Assembly: GCA_965644315.1 (NCBI GenBank)
Contig: CBFFRQ010000061.1
Coordinates: 62,001-126,000, forward strand
Direction: 5' to 3'
DNA: 64,000 bases
From: Caecitellus pseudoparvulus
Lineage: Eukaryota > Protista > Bigyra: Bicosoecida
Shown: in pieces, positions 44,907-56,234 of the stretch
How the letters are laid out: every line of letters begins with the position of its first letter
How positions within the stretch are numbered: position 1 is the first letter of the stretch
Notes under the pieces: model-generated
What the model was told of the DNA's origin: nothing
The model's input: the letters and a program-made list of their open reading frames with translations, nothing else
Database searches by the model: none
Position numbers and translations under genes: made by a program

Positions 44907-46705
44907 TCAGTCCTTGCGGCTCTTCTTCTTGCTGCTCTTGGTCTTGTCGTCTGCGGCGGCGGAGCCTGGGGAGGTCTCCAGGGAGCGCTTCTTGGCCTTC
45001 TTCTCCTTCTTGGCGGACTTGACCTTCTTGTCCTTCTTCTCCTTCTTCTCCTTCTTGGCCTTCTTGGCAGACTTGACGACGTCCGTGCCGTCGTCCGAAT
45101 CATCCGACGCGTCCACGTCGGCGCCGCCAGCAGCAGAGGCAGCAGCAGGAGCGGGTGTGGCAGGGGCAGGGGGCGCAGCAGAGGCCTTCTCCTCCTCCGT
45201 GATGGGGGCGCCCGTGAGCGTGGGCAGGGTGGCCTTGCCCACGAACTCCGCCTTCCACCCCTCAGGCGTCTTCTCGTTGGGCTTGCCGTGCTTGTCCAGC
45301 AGGCCCTCCTTGATCATCTTCTTCTTCTTCTGTGCCACGGGCCCCAGGCCCCAGCGGCGAGGGTACGTGTCGCGCTCCATGATCACACGCTTGATCTTGG
45401 CCACGACGCCGTGGTCGATGGTGGCCATGACGGCAGTGGTCATCTGCGCGATGCCCACGGCGATGGCCTCGCCCTTGGTGGTCATGAGCACGACCTCCTC
45501 GCCGACGCCGACGTCGTCAGCGAAACGCAGGAGGCCAGGCACCATGAGCTTGGCGCCGTAGCAGATGGCGTTGACAGCGGAGTCCTTCACGACGATGCGC
45601 TTGTAGCTGGTGAGCAGCAGCTCCAGCGGCTTGATCACGCGGCGCAGGTACTTCTCGTCCTTGTTGTTGTCGTACACCCACTGGGCGTCCAGGACGTCGT
45701 GCATGGTGACGAGGTGCTGGTTCTCGTTCATGGCGCCGGACCGCACGCGGCGCAGCTCCTCCATGTGGGCGCCAGTCTTGGTCAGCAGACCCAAGTGCAC
45801 GCACAGGGTACGAATGTACGTGCCGGCCTCGCAAGACACCCAGAAGACGCCCAGGTTGCGTTCGGCGTCGTACTGCACCAGCTTCGAGTCGTAAATGGTA
45901 CGGATGCGCAGCTGGCGCTTGACGGCCGAGATGACAGGCGGCCGCTGGAACAGCGCGCCCGTCAGCGTGTCAATGGCCCGGTTGAGAGTTCCCTCCGAGT
46001 CCAAGGCAGAGTGCAGACGCACGATGGCCACGTACTCCTTACCAGCGCCCTGTGTGGGAGGAGGAGCAGGGGGCGGAAGTGCGAGGGTGGCCGGCAAGTG
46101 CACTGCACCAGGCGACACGAACCTGCTGGGACTTGACCAGGCGCGTGGCACGGTCAATGCAGACGATGAGGCAGCCTGTGACCTTGGGGTCCAGGGTGCC
46201 GCTGTGGCCAGTCTTCTCCACACGCAGGATTCGCTTGATCCACGCCACGACCTCGTGAGAGGATGGGTTGGCAGGCTTGTCCAGGTTAATGACGCCGTAC
46301 TGAGTGTAGTCCTTGAGGGGGCGCTTCAGCGGCGAGTGCCCTGATGGGATGGGCGTGTAGTGGGACGTCCGCACGTTCAAGCGGTCATAGTTCTTCAGCA
46401 GCAGCGGCCACGAAGAGGTGTCCAGCACGGCTGGTGCAGAGCTGGGCTGGATGGCGAAGTCGCCCTCCTGAGCTGCTGCGTCCTTGGAAGTTGCTGCAAA
46501 GGCGGGAAGGGATATGTGTGTACTAGTATTCAAGCATCCAACGCAAATACGTGGCAAACGGCACCAGCAAGCGGGCCTGGGGGGCTATTGCAAGTGGACC
46601 AGCGGAACAGCGGAATATGGCTCAAGAGCAGCCGACACTCCCAGGCCCCCTGTCGCTGCAAAGAAGCTTCCAAGCTGCACGATGCACGATGCACGCACCT
46701 GACAT
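44907..46705 (-). CDS. DKC1: H/ACA RNP pseudouridine synthase dyskerin/Cbf5
   Basis: [34 protein letters not shown] (catalytic Asp), PUA domain, [17 protein letters not shown] and a Lys-rich tail. Exon 1 is ATG TCA G; introns at 46494-46698 and about 46120-46050. Confidence 0.97.
46494..46698 (-). other. Long structured first intron of dyskerin (candidate ncRNA host)
   Basis: 205 nt, against roughly 65-115 nt for most introns here. It contains a perfect 9-bp stem GGGCCUGGG/CCCAGGCCC, a second hairpin and ACA triplets near the 3' end. Confidence 0.35.
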
Positions 46706-47014
46706 GCTGGGAGAGTCGGTGGTGAGCTCACAAGCCAGGGCCTGCGCCGTGGAGCTGGTGTGCTGAGAGGGCGTGCCGGGAGACTGGCGACACGAGAGCC
46801 GTGGCGGCTGACGGTGGCAGGCAGCAGGCGGGCTTGACCTGCGAAGGGGGTGCGTGAGCTGGCGCTGGGCTTTCAAAAGTGCTCCGGGTGCAAATCCGGA
46901 ACATTGTCACCCCTGCCCGTCCCCGCGCAACACCCCTTCGGCAGAGCAACGCAGCTGTCCCAGCAGCACCGTTGTGTGCCCGGCAGCAGCTGGTGCGTCC
47001 CGAAGTCAGTCAGA

Positions 47015-48916
47015 ATGGAGCTGAAAGTGAAGTGGAACAAGCAGCGGCTGTCTGTGGAGGTGGACCCCTCCAAGCCCGTCGCCGAGTTCAAGGCCGAGCT
47101 CCTGCGCGTGACAGGTGTGTCGCTGGCGTTGGCGTGGCAGCAGGCGCTGTCAGCAGGTACGCCCTGCTGCCCCCGTTTGGACCTCGCAGGTGTCCCAGTG
47201 GATCGCCAGAAGATCATTTCCAAGGCGTGGAGAGGCATGCTGAAGGATGACACAGACCTGTCCACGTGCAAGCTCAGGCCAGGCCTTCCCGTGCGTGCGC
47301 TGTTTTGTGCTCAGCCCATGCGAAACGCTGAAACGCGGGCCAGTGCCGAGGCCCCGCCGCTGCACGCGCGGCACTGTGTGCTGAACTTTGCATGCAGGTG
47401 ACTCTCATGGGATCCGCAGAAGGTGTGGCTGCCCTGGATGAGGCCGAGAGCAAGGTGGTGCGTCGGCACGGCGCTGCCGCAACGCAACACGCAAGCGTGC
47501 AAGCCGCCTCATGCCCACTGCGCGCAGGTCTTCATGGAGGACATGAAGCAGGAGGAGCGCACTGCCGCTGGTGTCGTGGCACCGTCGGGCTTCGTGAACT
47601 TGGGCAACACCTGCTACATGAACGCCACCACCCAGGCCCTGCGTGCCGTGCCAGAGCTGCGGAGTGGACTGGCCACCGTCTCGGACAGCCGGACTCTCAT
47701 GGCCCCGCAGCTGGCGCAGATGTACAAGGAAGCCGATGGCACGAGCAAGAACTACATGCCGTCCAAGTTCCTGGCCGCGCTGCACCGCATGCACCCCACC
47801 TTTGCCGAGCGCGGCAAGACGGGGCAGCTCATGCAGCACGACACAGATGAATTCCTCACCACCATGCTGGAGACGCTGAGCCACGAGCTGACCAAGGTGC
47901 CCGTGAAGGACGGCAAGCCCATGTTGCCCAAGTTGCTACCCCGCGTCAGCCACGACCCAGCACAGGCTGCCGGCGCCAGCACCAACCTAGTGGACACCCT
48001 CTTTGGCGTCGAGTTCAAGGTGACCGACACCAACACAGCTGACCCCAGTGAAGTCACCACGGCCTTTGAGTCCAACCGCAAGCTCGTGTGCAACATCGAC
48101 GGCGGCGCAGGCAGCTACAAGGCGGTGAACCACCTGACAGAGGGCGTATCCCTGGCTCTGAACGGCCAGCGCGAGAAGATGTCGACAAAGCTGGGCACCA
48201 CCACCATCTGGGACACCAAGCGGCGCATTTCACGGCTGCCTAAGTACCTCTGCGTGCAGTTCATGCGGTTCTACTTCAAGGCCACGCCTGACTCCGCCGA
48301 CCACGCCGGCGTCAAGTGTAAGATGATGCGCAAGGTCGCATTCGGCGAGAAGCTGGACGTCTTCGACTACTGCACACCTGAAGTGCAGTCCGTGCTGAAG
48401 GTGTCTCGAGACGCCGCTGACGCTGCAGAGGCCAAGAAGCTGGAGCAAGCGGGGGAGGTGGCGGCCGCCGCTGCGTCAGGCGGTGGTGGGGCCGCTGCCA
48501 CCGCGCCAGACGCAGAGGGAGATGTGACACTGGCCCCACCCGCGCCTGCACTGGGCGAGGAGGTGTCGGAGATCGACGCCGAGCTGGCACAGGCCCTGGC
48601 CCTGTCTGCTCAAGATGCAGATGCGGTGGAGGCGGAAGATGCGGCGGTGATGGCGGGGGCGGAGCCCCAGTCCGCCATCGGCGTGGGCCTGCCCACCTCC
48701 TTCCAGGGCCAGTACGAGCTGTTCGCGGTGGTGTCGCACAAGGGCCGCTCCGCCGACTCTGGGCACTACATGGGCTGGGTGCGCACGGAGGGCGACGCGT
48801 GGTTCGTGTTCGACGACGAGGAGGTGCAGCAGTGTGAGCTGGAGCACGTGCTGCAGCTGCACGGTGGTGGCGACAGGGACATGGCGTACCTCGTCTTCTA
48901 CCGCGCTAAAGAGTGA
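47015..48916 (+). CDS. USP14: Ubiquitin carboxyl-terminal hydrolase 14/Ubp6 (UBL + USP)
   Basis: UBL domain MELKVKWNK...TGVPVDRQK...VTLMGS, VFMEDM, Cys box GFVNLGNTCYMNAT, ISRLPKYLCVQFMRF and His box HKGRSADSGHYMGW...FDD. Three introns. Confidence 0.95.
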
Positions 48917-48925
48917 GGGGGTGCC

Positions 48926-50134
48926 TCAGCTGCCCCAGTCACGCTGCAGGCTGAACAGCTGTGTGGGAGCTGCTCTGGAATTCACAGCCACTTCTTCGGG
49001 CGAAGCCCGTGTTCCCTGCTTGGAGGCGGCCCACGCCCAGGGCGCAGTGCGCTTGGGCTTGGTCAGTGGGCTCCATGCGTCTTGCACAGCCCTGGCTTCG
49101 CCTGAGTGGAAGGTCAGCGCCACAGCCACGCCGCCTGGCCGCAGCAGGTGAGGCAGGTGCGCCAGCCCACGAGCCAGGTGTGCTGCCTCGTCATTCACCA
49201 TGATGCGAAGGACTTGCAGAGCCCGGGCAGCCACTCGCCCGGCACGCTTGGGCGTGGGCGGCCCTGGCACACGCCCCTCCAGCACTGCCTCGTACAGATG
49301 CCTGGACAGCTCCCCAGAACTGGTGGCTGGCCCCTCCAGCAGCAGACCAGCGATGGCAGCCGCCTCGCGCTGGCGGAAGTCTGCGTGCCGCATGAGAGAC
49401 TCTGTCAGCAGCAGTGGGGTGGTTTGGGTCAGCACTTGGGCTGCAGTCACGCCGCCGTCCAGATTGTACTCTGCACGGCTGCCTGTCGGACCGGGGCTGA
49501 ACGTTGCAAGAGGCGCAGGGACACAGTGCAGGGCGGTCTCTGGCAGCTCCGAGAAAAAACGCATGTCCAGGCTGCAGCCCTCGGGGCGAGACGTGAAGCC
49601 TCGACCTGGGCTGTCGAGCTGGTGGCTGCTCACGCCGGCGTCCAGCAGCACACCTGCGACCGAGTCGCAGCGCGCATGGTCGGGCAGGGAACGGTGCAGA
49701 AACAGCAGCCAGTCGGCGACATTCGCGTATGTATCATGAATCAGAATCACGGGATCTTGCACGGCGAACAAGCCAGGGAATGCGAGCGCGTGGGGTGGCA
49801 GCACTGTTGGCGTGATGCCGAAACGACGCTGAAACGCAGCCGCCGAAGCCGCGATGGCTTCCCCGTCCCGATCGAAGCCGATTAAACCACTCCCGCCTCG
49901 GGGCTGGAGGTGTTCCCACATTAAGCACGCGTGGCCGCCACCCCCAACCGTGCAGTCCACCAACCAGCCTTTGCTGTTCACTGGCTCCTGTTTATCTGGA
50001 GGGGCGAACGCCTTCCCCAGCTGCTGCAGTACCTCCTCAGCCATGACAGGAACGTGGTGAAAGGACCTGTTCGCCTGCCTGGCTGTGACCAACGTGCGTA
50101 GGCGCATGGTGCTGCGCTGTGCTGCAACCAGCAT
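48926..50134 (-). CDS. METTL15: RsmH/MraW (METTL15) rRNA m4C methyltransferase, probably mitochondrial
   Basis: HVPVMAEEV, DCTVGGGGHA, GFDRD, DAGVSSHQLD...RGF...LDMR, QVLRIMVNDE and TFHSGE. The Arg/Ser-rich N-terminus resembles a transit peptide. Confidence 0.85.
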   Translation of the reverse strand: MLVAAQRSTMRLRTLVTARQANRSFHHVPVMAEEVLQQLGKAFAPPDKQEPVNSKGWLVDCTVGGGGHACLMWEHLQPRGGSGLIGFDRDGEAIAASAAAFQRRFGITPTVLPPHALAFPGLFAVQDPVILIHDTYANVADWLLFLHRSLPDHARCDSVAGVLLDAGVSSHQLDSPGRGFTSRPEGCSLDMRFFSELPETALHCVPAPLATFSPGPTGSRAEYNLDGGVTAAQVLTQTTPLLLTESLMRHADFRQREAAAIAGLLLEGPATSSGELSRHLYEAVLEGRVPGPPTPKRAGRVAARALQVLRIMVNDEAAHLARGLAHLPHLLRPGGVAVALTFHSGEARAVQDAWSPLTKPKRTAPWAWAASKQGTRASPEEVAVNSRAAPTQLFSLQRDWGS

Positions 50135-50297
50135 CCTGCCGTGCGCTTGTGAAGGAGATTCGGCTGACTGTTTGCACACTCAGGCTGCAGCCCTGTGGCA
50201 CACCAGCTGCGCAGAGCACGTGCATTCCAAGCCGAGGAAGCTGGGGGACCACTGGAGAAACTGTACCCCATGCACATGTGTCACGGGGCCCCCTAAT

Positions 50298-53200
50298 CTA
50301 CAGCCCCACGGGGGCCGCCCGCCGCCCCAACACCCCTGCCACGCGAGGCAGCAACGCGGCGAAGGCAGGATCCAGGGCAAGCGCTGCTGTGCTGGGGAAG
50401 GTGATGCCAGGCGGGCCGCTTTGCCACTGTCCTTCCTGTGGCACTTGCTTGGGCTGGACGTGGTGGGCTGTGTCGCGCGTGGCTGCAGCAGGGGCCGCAC
50501 TGGCCGGCGCTTCGGGCGCAAGGGGTGGGGGCGGCACCACCTCTGCTTGCACTTCTCCGGCGACTGGGGCGACATCAGACGCGCCTTGGGCCTGGGGAGG
50601 GGGGTGGACACCAGGTCCTCTCGGCACGGTGTGCCCTGCCCGGCCAAGCCACCGCTCGTAGCCAGTGGCGGCGGGCCGGGGCACTGCAGACCCCGAAGCC
50701 ACTTGGGCACTGCAAGCGCTGACGCCGCTGTCGCCCTCAGACGGTGGCAGGGGAGCGTGTGGCGCCTGGCTAGCGGCAGGGCGAGTCAAGTGCCCCAGCC
50801 ACGCCCCCCAGCCACCGGATGCAGTGCCTGTTTCAAGAGGTGAGGACTGGCCTGTTGCTGCCTGCCCAGTGCCATCCACTTCTTCGCTGCTGCTGCCCTC
50901 ATCAATGCTGCTGTCTGCTGCCTGGGGGGCGGGTGAGGCTTGCACTGCCCGCCTCTCGCTGGCGAGAGTGGAAGTCGAGCTGCTGCGCTGAGAGGGCGTG
51001 CCTGCTTGCGAGCTGTGCTCATCGACGGAGCTGTGCTGTGTGTGTGACAATGGCAACACGACGCCACTGGCACCCTCGTTGCTTGAAGTGCCAGGTGAGG
51101 CTGGCAATCTTGCTCTGAGGGCATTCTGGGTGCTTGCAGCGGGGGTGGGTCGTTGGTATTCAGTCAAGTACTCCTCCAGCAGTGACTCCACAGACGCCTG
51201 GTGGGCTGGCGAGGGGCTGGATGGGGCAGGAACCGTGACTGCCTCAGCTTCAGCATGCCCAGAGGTGGCGGTGCGTTCCTGGGAGTGACTCGCGGCGCCC
51301 ATCGCCACGCCAAGCTGCAATTCGTCACGGCTGAGTGCTGCTCCTTCCTCGGCAGGGGCTTGCACCACGTCGCCTACTGAGACATCGGAAGAGGAGGGTG
51401 CTTTCTCCGTTTCAGAGGAATCCCCATCACTTGGTGCAGCCTCGTGGCCGCTGTCCGCGGAGCAGCTGCCATCACGCGAGGTCGCTGGAGAGTCAAGAAG
51501 ACTCTCCTGTGCTTGTGGTGTCGCTGTCACGGAGCCTGCAGGGGAGTGGCGGTGCCGTGAGTACACTGGTACTGGCACAGGTGGCGGAGGTGGACTGGTG
51601 CTTGGCTTGGAAGGTGTGTCTGGCGATGAAACGCTGCCCGCGCCCAGGCCCGGGCTCGGTCTTGGTGGGGGTGGTGATGGTGGTGTACACCGCTGTGACG
51701 AGGGAGGTTCACCTGTCTTTTCGTTCTGGCCAGGCTGTGAGTGTGGTTGGGGAGCCTGACACACGGCAGACACCGCTGCTGCCACCTGTGGCTGAGCGTC
51801 GCTGTCGCTGACGAGTGACAGCGCCTCTTCGTGCTGAGACAGGGAGGGGGGCGAGTCTGGTACGAGGTCTTGGCCTGACACATCTGACAGCGCCAAGCTC
51901 AGGTCCAGACTGGTATCGGAGGAGACGTTCGCCGAGGTGGCAGGGCCGCTCAGCGACCCGCTGGACGCCTCCCTACCCAACTGCCTCGAGGCGCGGCTGC
52001 CAGTAGGTGAGGGGGGTGAGACGTCTTCTGCCTCGGGCGGGGCAGGCGTGCTTCGATGGCTGCTTGCACTGCTGCCAGACGTGGCTGCAGAGACACGTGA
52101 GGGCTCAGGTGGCGGTGTGGCATGGAGGCCAGGCGGGGTTGATTCTCTGTCAGCAGAAGCAGCAACCGAATCAGCCTGTGAAGTGCTGTTCAGCTGTTGC
52201 GGACTCGAAGGCGGCTGTGGTGGCGACACTGTGCCGGAGGCTTTCTGCACGGGCTGGGACGAAAGCGTGTCTACAGTGGCTGACTCCTCGTCTGATGCTT
52301 CGGGCGAAACCGCGCTACTCGCCAGACCAGCCAAGAAGCGCTGTGTCGCACTTTGCAGGCTGGTCGTGAGCTGCTCCAGGCACGGTGACCCGTCCCCTGC
52401 TGAGGTTGGACTCGCACTTTGTGGCCGTTGGAGGGATGTGCTCAGAGCTTGGGGGGCGGTGGAGGCAGACGCACGGAGACAGTCAGTGCCCTGTGACACG
52501 GCAGGTGAAGGTGACACCGAGGGGAGCCCTGCAGATCCAGTGGATGCGGGTGTGGGCAAAGCTGTTTCCGCAGGCGCAGGCGAGGCTGGGGAGGCCAAGG
52601 CAGACGCGGCATCGGCTGCACCGAAGGAGGGCAAGTACCTGCCGACCTGACGCAGCAGCGCACCTTGGGCCTCGTCGTCCCACGAGCTTGCAGAAGACGC
52701 AGAGCTGACTGAGTGCCGCTTAGCCTTCCCGCTGGGTGTGGCGTTGGCCTGTGACACGAGCTCACGCAGCCTGGCCGAGTATGCTCGTTCGTACTCATCG
52801 TCCAGACGCGCCAGCCGGGCACGCAGACGAGTCACCGTCACCTCCGCAGGCTCCAGTGCAATCGTTTCGGCCGTCGCGTCTAGGCGCGGGCCTGGCTTCG
52901 AGACCCGCGCCGTCGCCTCAAGGCCAGACACCTTGGTGGGCTTGGAGGATTCCGCTGGCGAGGCACCGCTGGGCACCCAGGCAGTGGCCAGGTAGCGCTG
53001 GGTGGCGAGGGGCAGTGTTGGAAGCACTCCTGCCGCCCAGTCAGGCAGGTGCTGAAGTTCAGCTGCTGGAAGGCTGGGGCTGGTATCGCGCGGCGGGGAG
53101 GCGCCTATGGAGGCTGCGGATTCAGATGTGCTGCTCTTGGAACCCGTGGACCCGAGAGACGTTGACTGCAGTGCGTACATGTACGAGAACTCGTCTGCTT

Positions 53201-54617
53201 CTAGCGTGCTGGGGCCCGGGGGCGCTGTGGTGGCGCCAGCAGTGGAAATAGTATGCCGGGCGCCAACGACAGGCTGCGCTGGAGCGGGGGGGGAGTCCAA
53301 TGCAGCAGGAGGGCTGGGTGCCCTGGCCTCGGTGCCCTGCTGGTCATGTACTGGCTGCTGGCTCCTGGGTGAACCATCGCCCAGCGCCAGCGATACGAGA
53401 TCGTGCAGCGCCTCATCATCTGCATCACCCTCGCCCTCCCGGCTCGACGCCGAGCCCTGCTCCGCCGTGCGCATGCCTGCCTCACCCTCGCTTTCACGCT
53501 CTGACATTGCAGGTGTGCGGGCAGGCGTGTCAGCCGCGGACTCCCCAGGTGACTTTGAGCCGCTGAGCACAGCGGCTCCTTCGTGAGCTGGTGATGTGGC
53601 AGAAATGGGGGGAGAGGCAGGGCGCTCGACAGCTGCCAGGCCCTGCTCTGACGCTGTGGCTTTGTCCTGGGCCCAACGCCCAGTCAGCCTCCGCAAGGCA
53701 TCGATGACTTCTGAGCCGGAAGGGGGCGGGCGAGTGGGCAATGGCCCAGCCCTGGTGCTGGCCTCCTCACCCGAACCACCAGACCCTTGCTGCGAAAACA
53801 TGTCCCCATCACTGTCTTCACCTGACTTGCTTGTCCCAGCTGCACGCCCTGTCCCTTCGTCACCCGCAGGTGGCGACACGGGTCTCGCGGTCGGCGTTGG
53901 CTTGCTCTGTTGACGCTCAGCAGCAGTGTGCCGCAGGCTCGCGATGCGGCTTCGCAGGGCCGGGAGACGCGAAGGAGATGTGTGGTCTGCATGCAGCGAG
54001 CTCGATAGCTCCCCTCCCGACGCCGCGGGCCGCTGTGGCGTTGAGCTCTGGGCAGCACTCGAGCGCGTGCAGGCAATCACTCGCTTGGCTCGGGAGAGCA
54101 CACCGTCAATGTCGAAGTCTCGGAGGTCCAAGGGAGCGCTCTGCACAGTCGAGCTGATACCTTCATAGCTGGCGTCGGCGTCCCTGGGGGACGTTTCCTG
54201 GCTCTCAGGCTCAGGGTTTGAAGCGCCCGTCGAGGAGTTTCGTCCAACGCCAGCAGCTCCTGTCGCTTCGCCGCTGCGTCGAAAGGAGGCACAGAGACGT
54301 GGATTCCATGCACTGGGCCTGACTCACACCACTGTTGCTATTCAGATCGCGAGTGGTCTCGCAAAGCACTGCAGTGGTTGACACGTAGGGGAAGCAGTTG
54401 TGTCGTTGGCGTTTCACTCACGCTGGCGAGGCTTCCCACCAGAACTTCGTCCCAAATGTCTCCCGCAACCCTCGCTCACGGGGCGGACTCGACCTGCACA
54501 AGCGCCAGCACAGATCTTAAAGTTGCAGGCTTCGTTTTCAGGGCAGACCACTCACCGAAAACGCTTGATCATGGCAGCAATCGTGCCGCCTGGCGGCAGC
54601 TCTTCAGCGCTGGCCAT
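50298..54617 (-). CDS. Pro/Ser-rich disordered protein, PROSER3-like
   Basis: 5' exons read GTIAAMIKRFR|SSPPRERGLRETFGTKFWWEA, resembling the PROSER3 RFR...R...FWW block. They are followed by LDLRDFDIDGVLSRAKRVI and a long S/P/A-rich ORF. Confidence 0.55.
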
Positions 54618-55001
54618 GCTGAACGTCCGCGGTTTGAACGGATACAATGAACGCTTTCTGGACCGACAAATAAGCTTAGCACCCATGGGGCTTGTATTTT
54701 GAAGTGACACATCTCTTTGCGATGTACTATTGTGCAACTTTTGCTGCACTATGCTCAAAGGATTTGAAAGTAGAGATCGGTTCGTGCACTATTTACGTGC
54801 TACTGAGCTGAAGGAGTGGCGCAGCATCTGATTCAGTTTGCCACCGCGCACAACAGCTAAGATGACCCAGAATCTGTATTCGCGCACAACTTCATCCCAA
54901 CCCCGATGCCCTCTGCCGTTAATTCGCTTCCAAGGCGTCAATCGCGACTGCTCAGACTTCGCTAGCGTTGTGGAGGAAAGCGATTTCCGCACCCCAGCGC
55001 A

Positions 55002-56208
55002 ATGATCTGCAGGTGGGCCTGGCGATGCCTGGTCTTTGCTCTTGCCCTTGGTGTGGTCCCTTGTGCTTGTCTCGGAGGAAGGATCCCACAGACAGTCATC
55101 ATTGAGACGGACATTGGCACATGTGAGGGCAGATGCCGACGAGGCGCAGCCTGGCGCCACGTAGCAGCTCGTGCTCGCCGCTTGCGCAGACATGGACGAT
55201 TCATGGGCCATTGCGCAGATGCTGGCCCACCCTGAACTATTTTCCATTGCACTGGTCGTGGTCAGCACCCGGAACACCACCGCTAGGGCTGGCGTTGCGG
55301 CACGTATGTTGGTCGAGGCTGGGGCTAGCGGCATCCCCATTGCGGTGCACACGCCGACGGGAGACCAGAGCAACGCAGACATGCCACTGGCTACGTGGGG
55401 CAGCAGCATGCCCTTGGCATCGTACCCTGGTGGGATCCTGCAGCCCAACGAGACTCTGCCTGCCATGCGGGATGTGGTGCAGGCCGCGTCACCCACTGCT
55501 CCAGTGCTGTTCTTGCAGCTGTCCCCGCCTCTAGCTCAGGCACAGCTGCTGGCGCGGTGGCCGTCCCTGTCTCACCACATGCACACTATCCTCATGGGCG
55601 GCTCCTTGTGGGTATGCTATCGCCTGAACATCTCCTCGCCTTGCCCCGAGTACAACGTGGCTCTGAACTCCACTGCCTCTGCCATCGTGTGGGGCATGCC
55701 CTCTGCTAACTGGGCAGCGCCTCTGCGCATTGTGCCCATTCTGCCCTCCCGCCAGTTCGCCGTGAATGCCTCGGCGTACGCGACCTTCCTGCAGGCAGCC
55801 CAGCGCGGCGCACCGCTGCCCACCACCCTGCTCAGCGCCTTCAAGGCCTGGTTCAACGGTGGGGGCCCGGGCCTGTTCCCACCCCTGTGGCCAGCCTCGC
55901 CCGATCTGGGCACGAATGCCCTCTTCGACCTAGTAGCATCCCTGGCAGCCGTGCAGTGCGCAGAGAATGGCCCTGGCGGTGCCTGTGCTGCAGAGCAGGG
56001 CTCTGTGCCTGGGCTGGTGTGGGAGCAGCGCTCCATTCGTGTGAACGCGTCTGGGTTCACGGTGCCCTGCTCGATGCCTGGGTCGTGGGGCTGTGCCACT
56101 GTGCAGGTCGCACACGGGTGGTCGGGGTCGCAGGCGCTGTACCCGACTCTGCAGGCTGCTGCAGCTGGCGTGGTGGGGCAGGTGAAATCTTACGCCATGC
56201 TGAGCTGA
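55002..56208 (+). CDS. Secreted inosine/uridine-preferring nucleoside hydrolase family protein
   Basis: Signal peptide, then spliced VIIETDIGT(Y)MDDSWAI, ILMGGS, PEYNVALN and ALFDLVA. Intron at about 55123-55188. Confidence 0.8.
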
Positions 56209-56234
56209 GGACCATGTATTGAGGAGAGGGGGCG

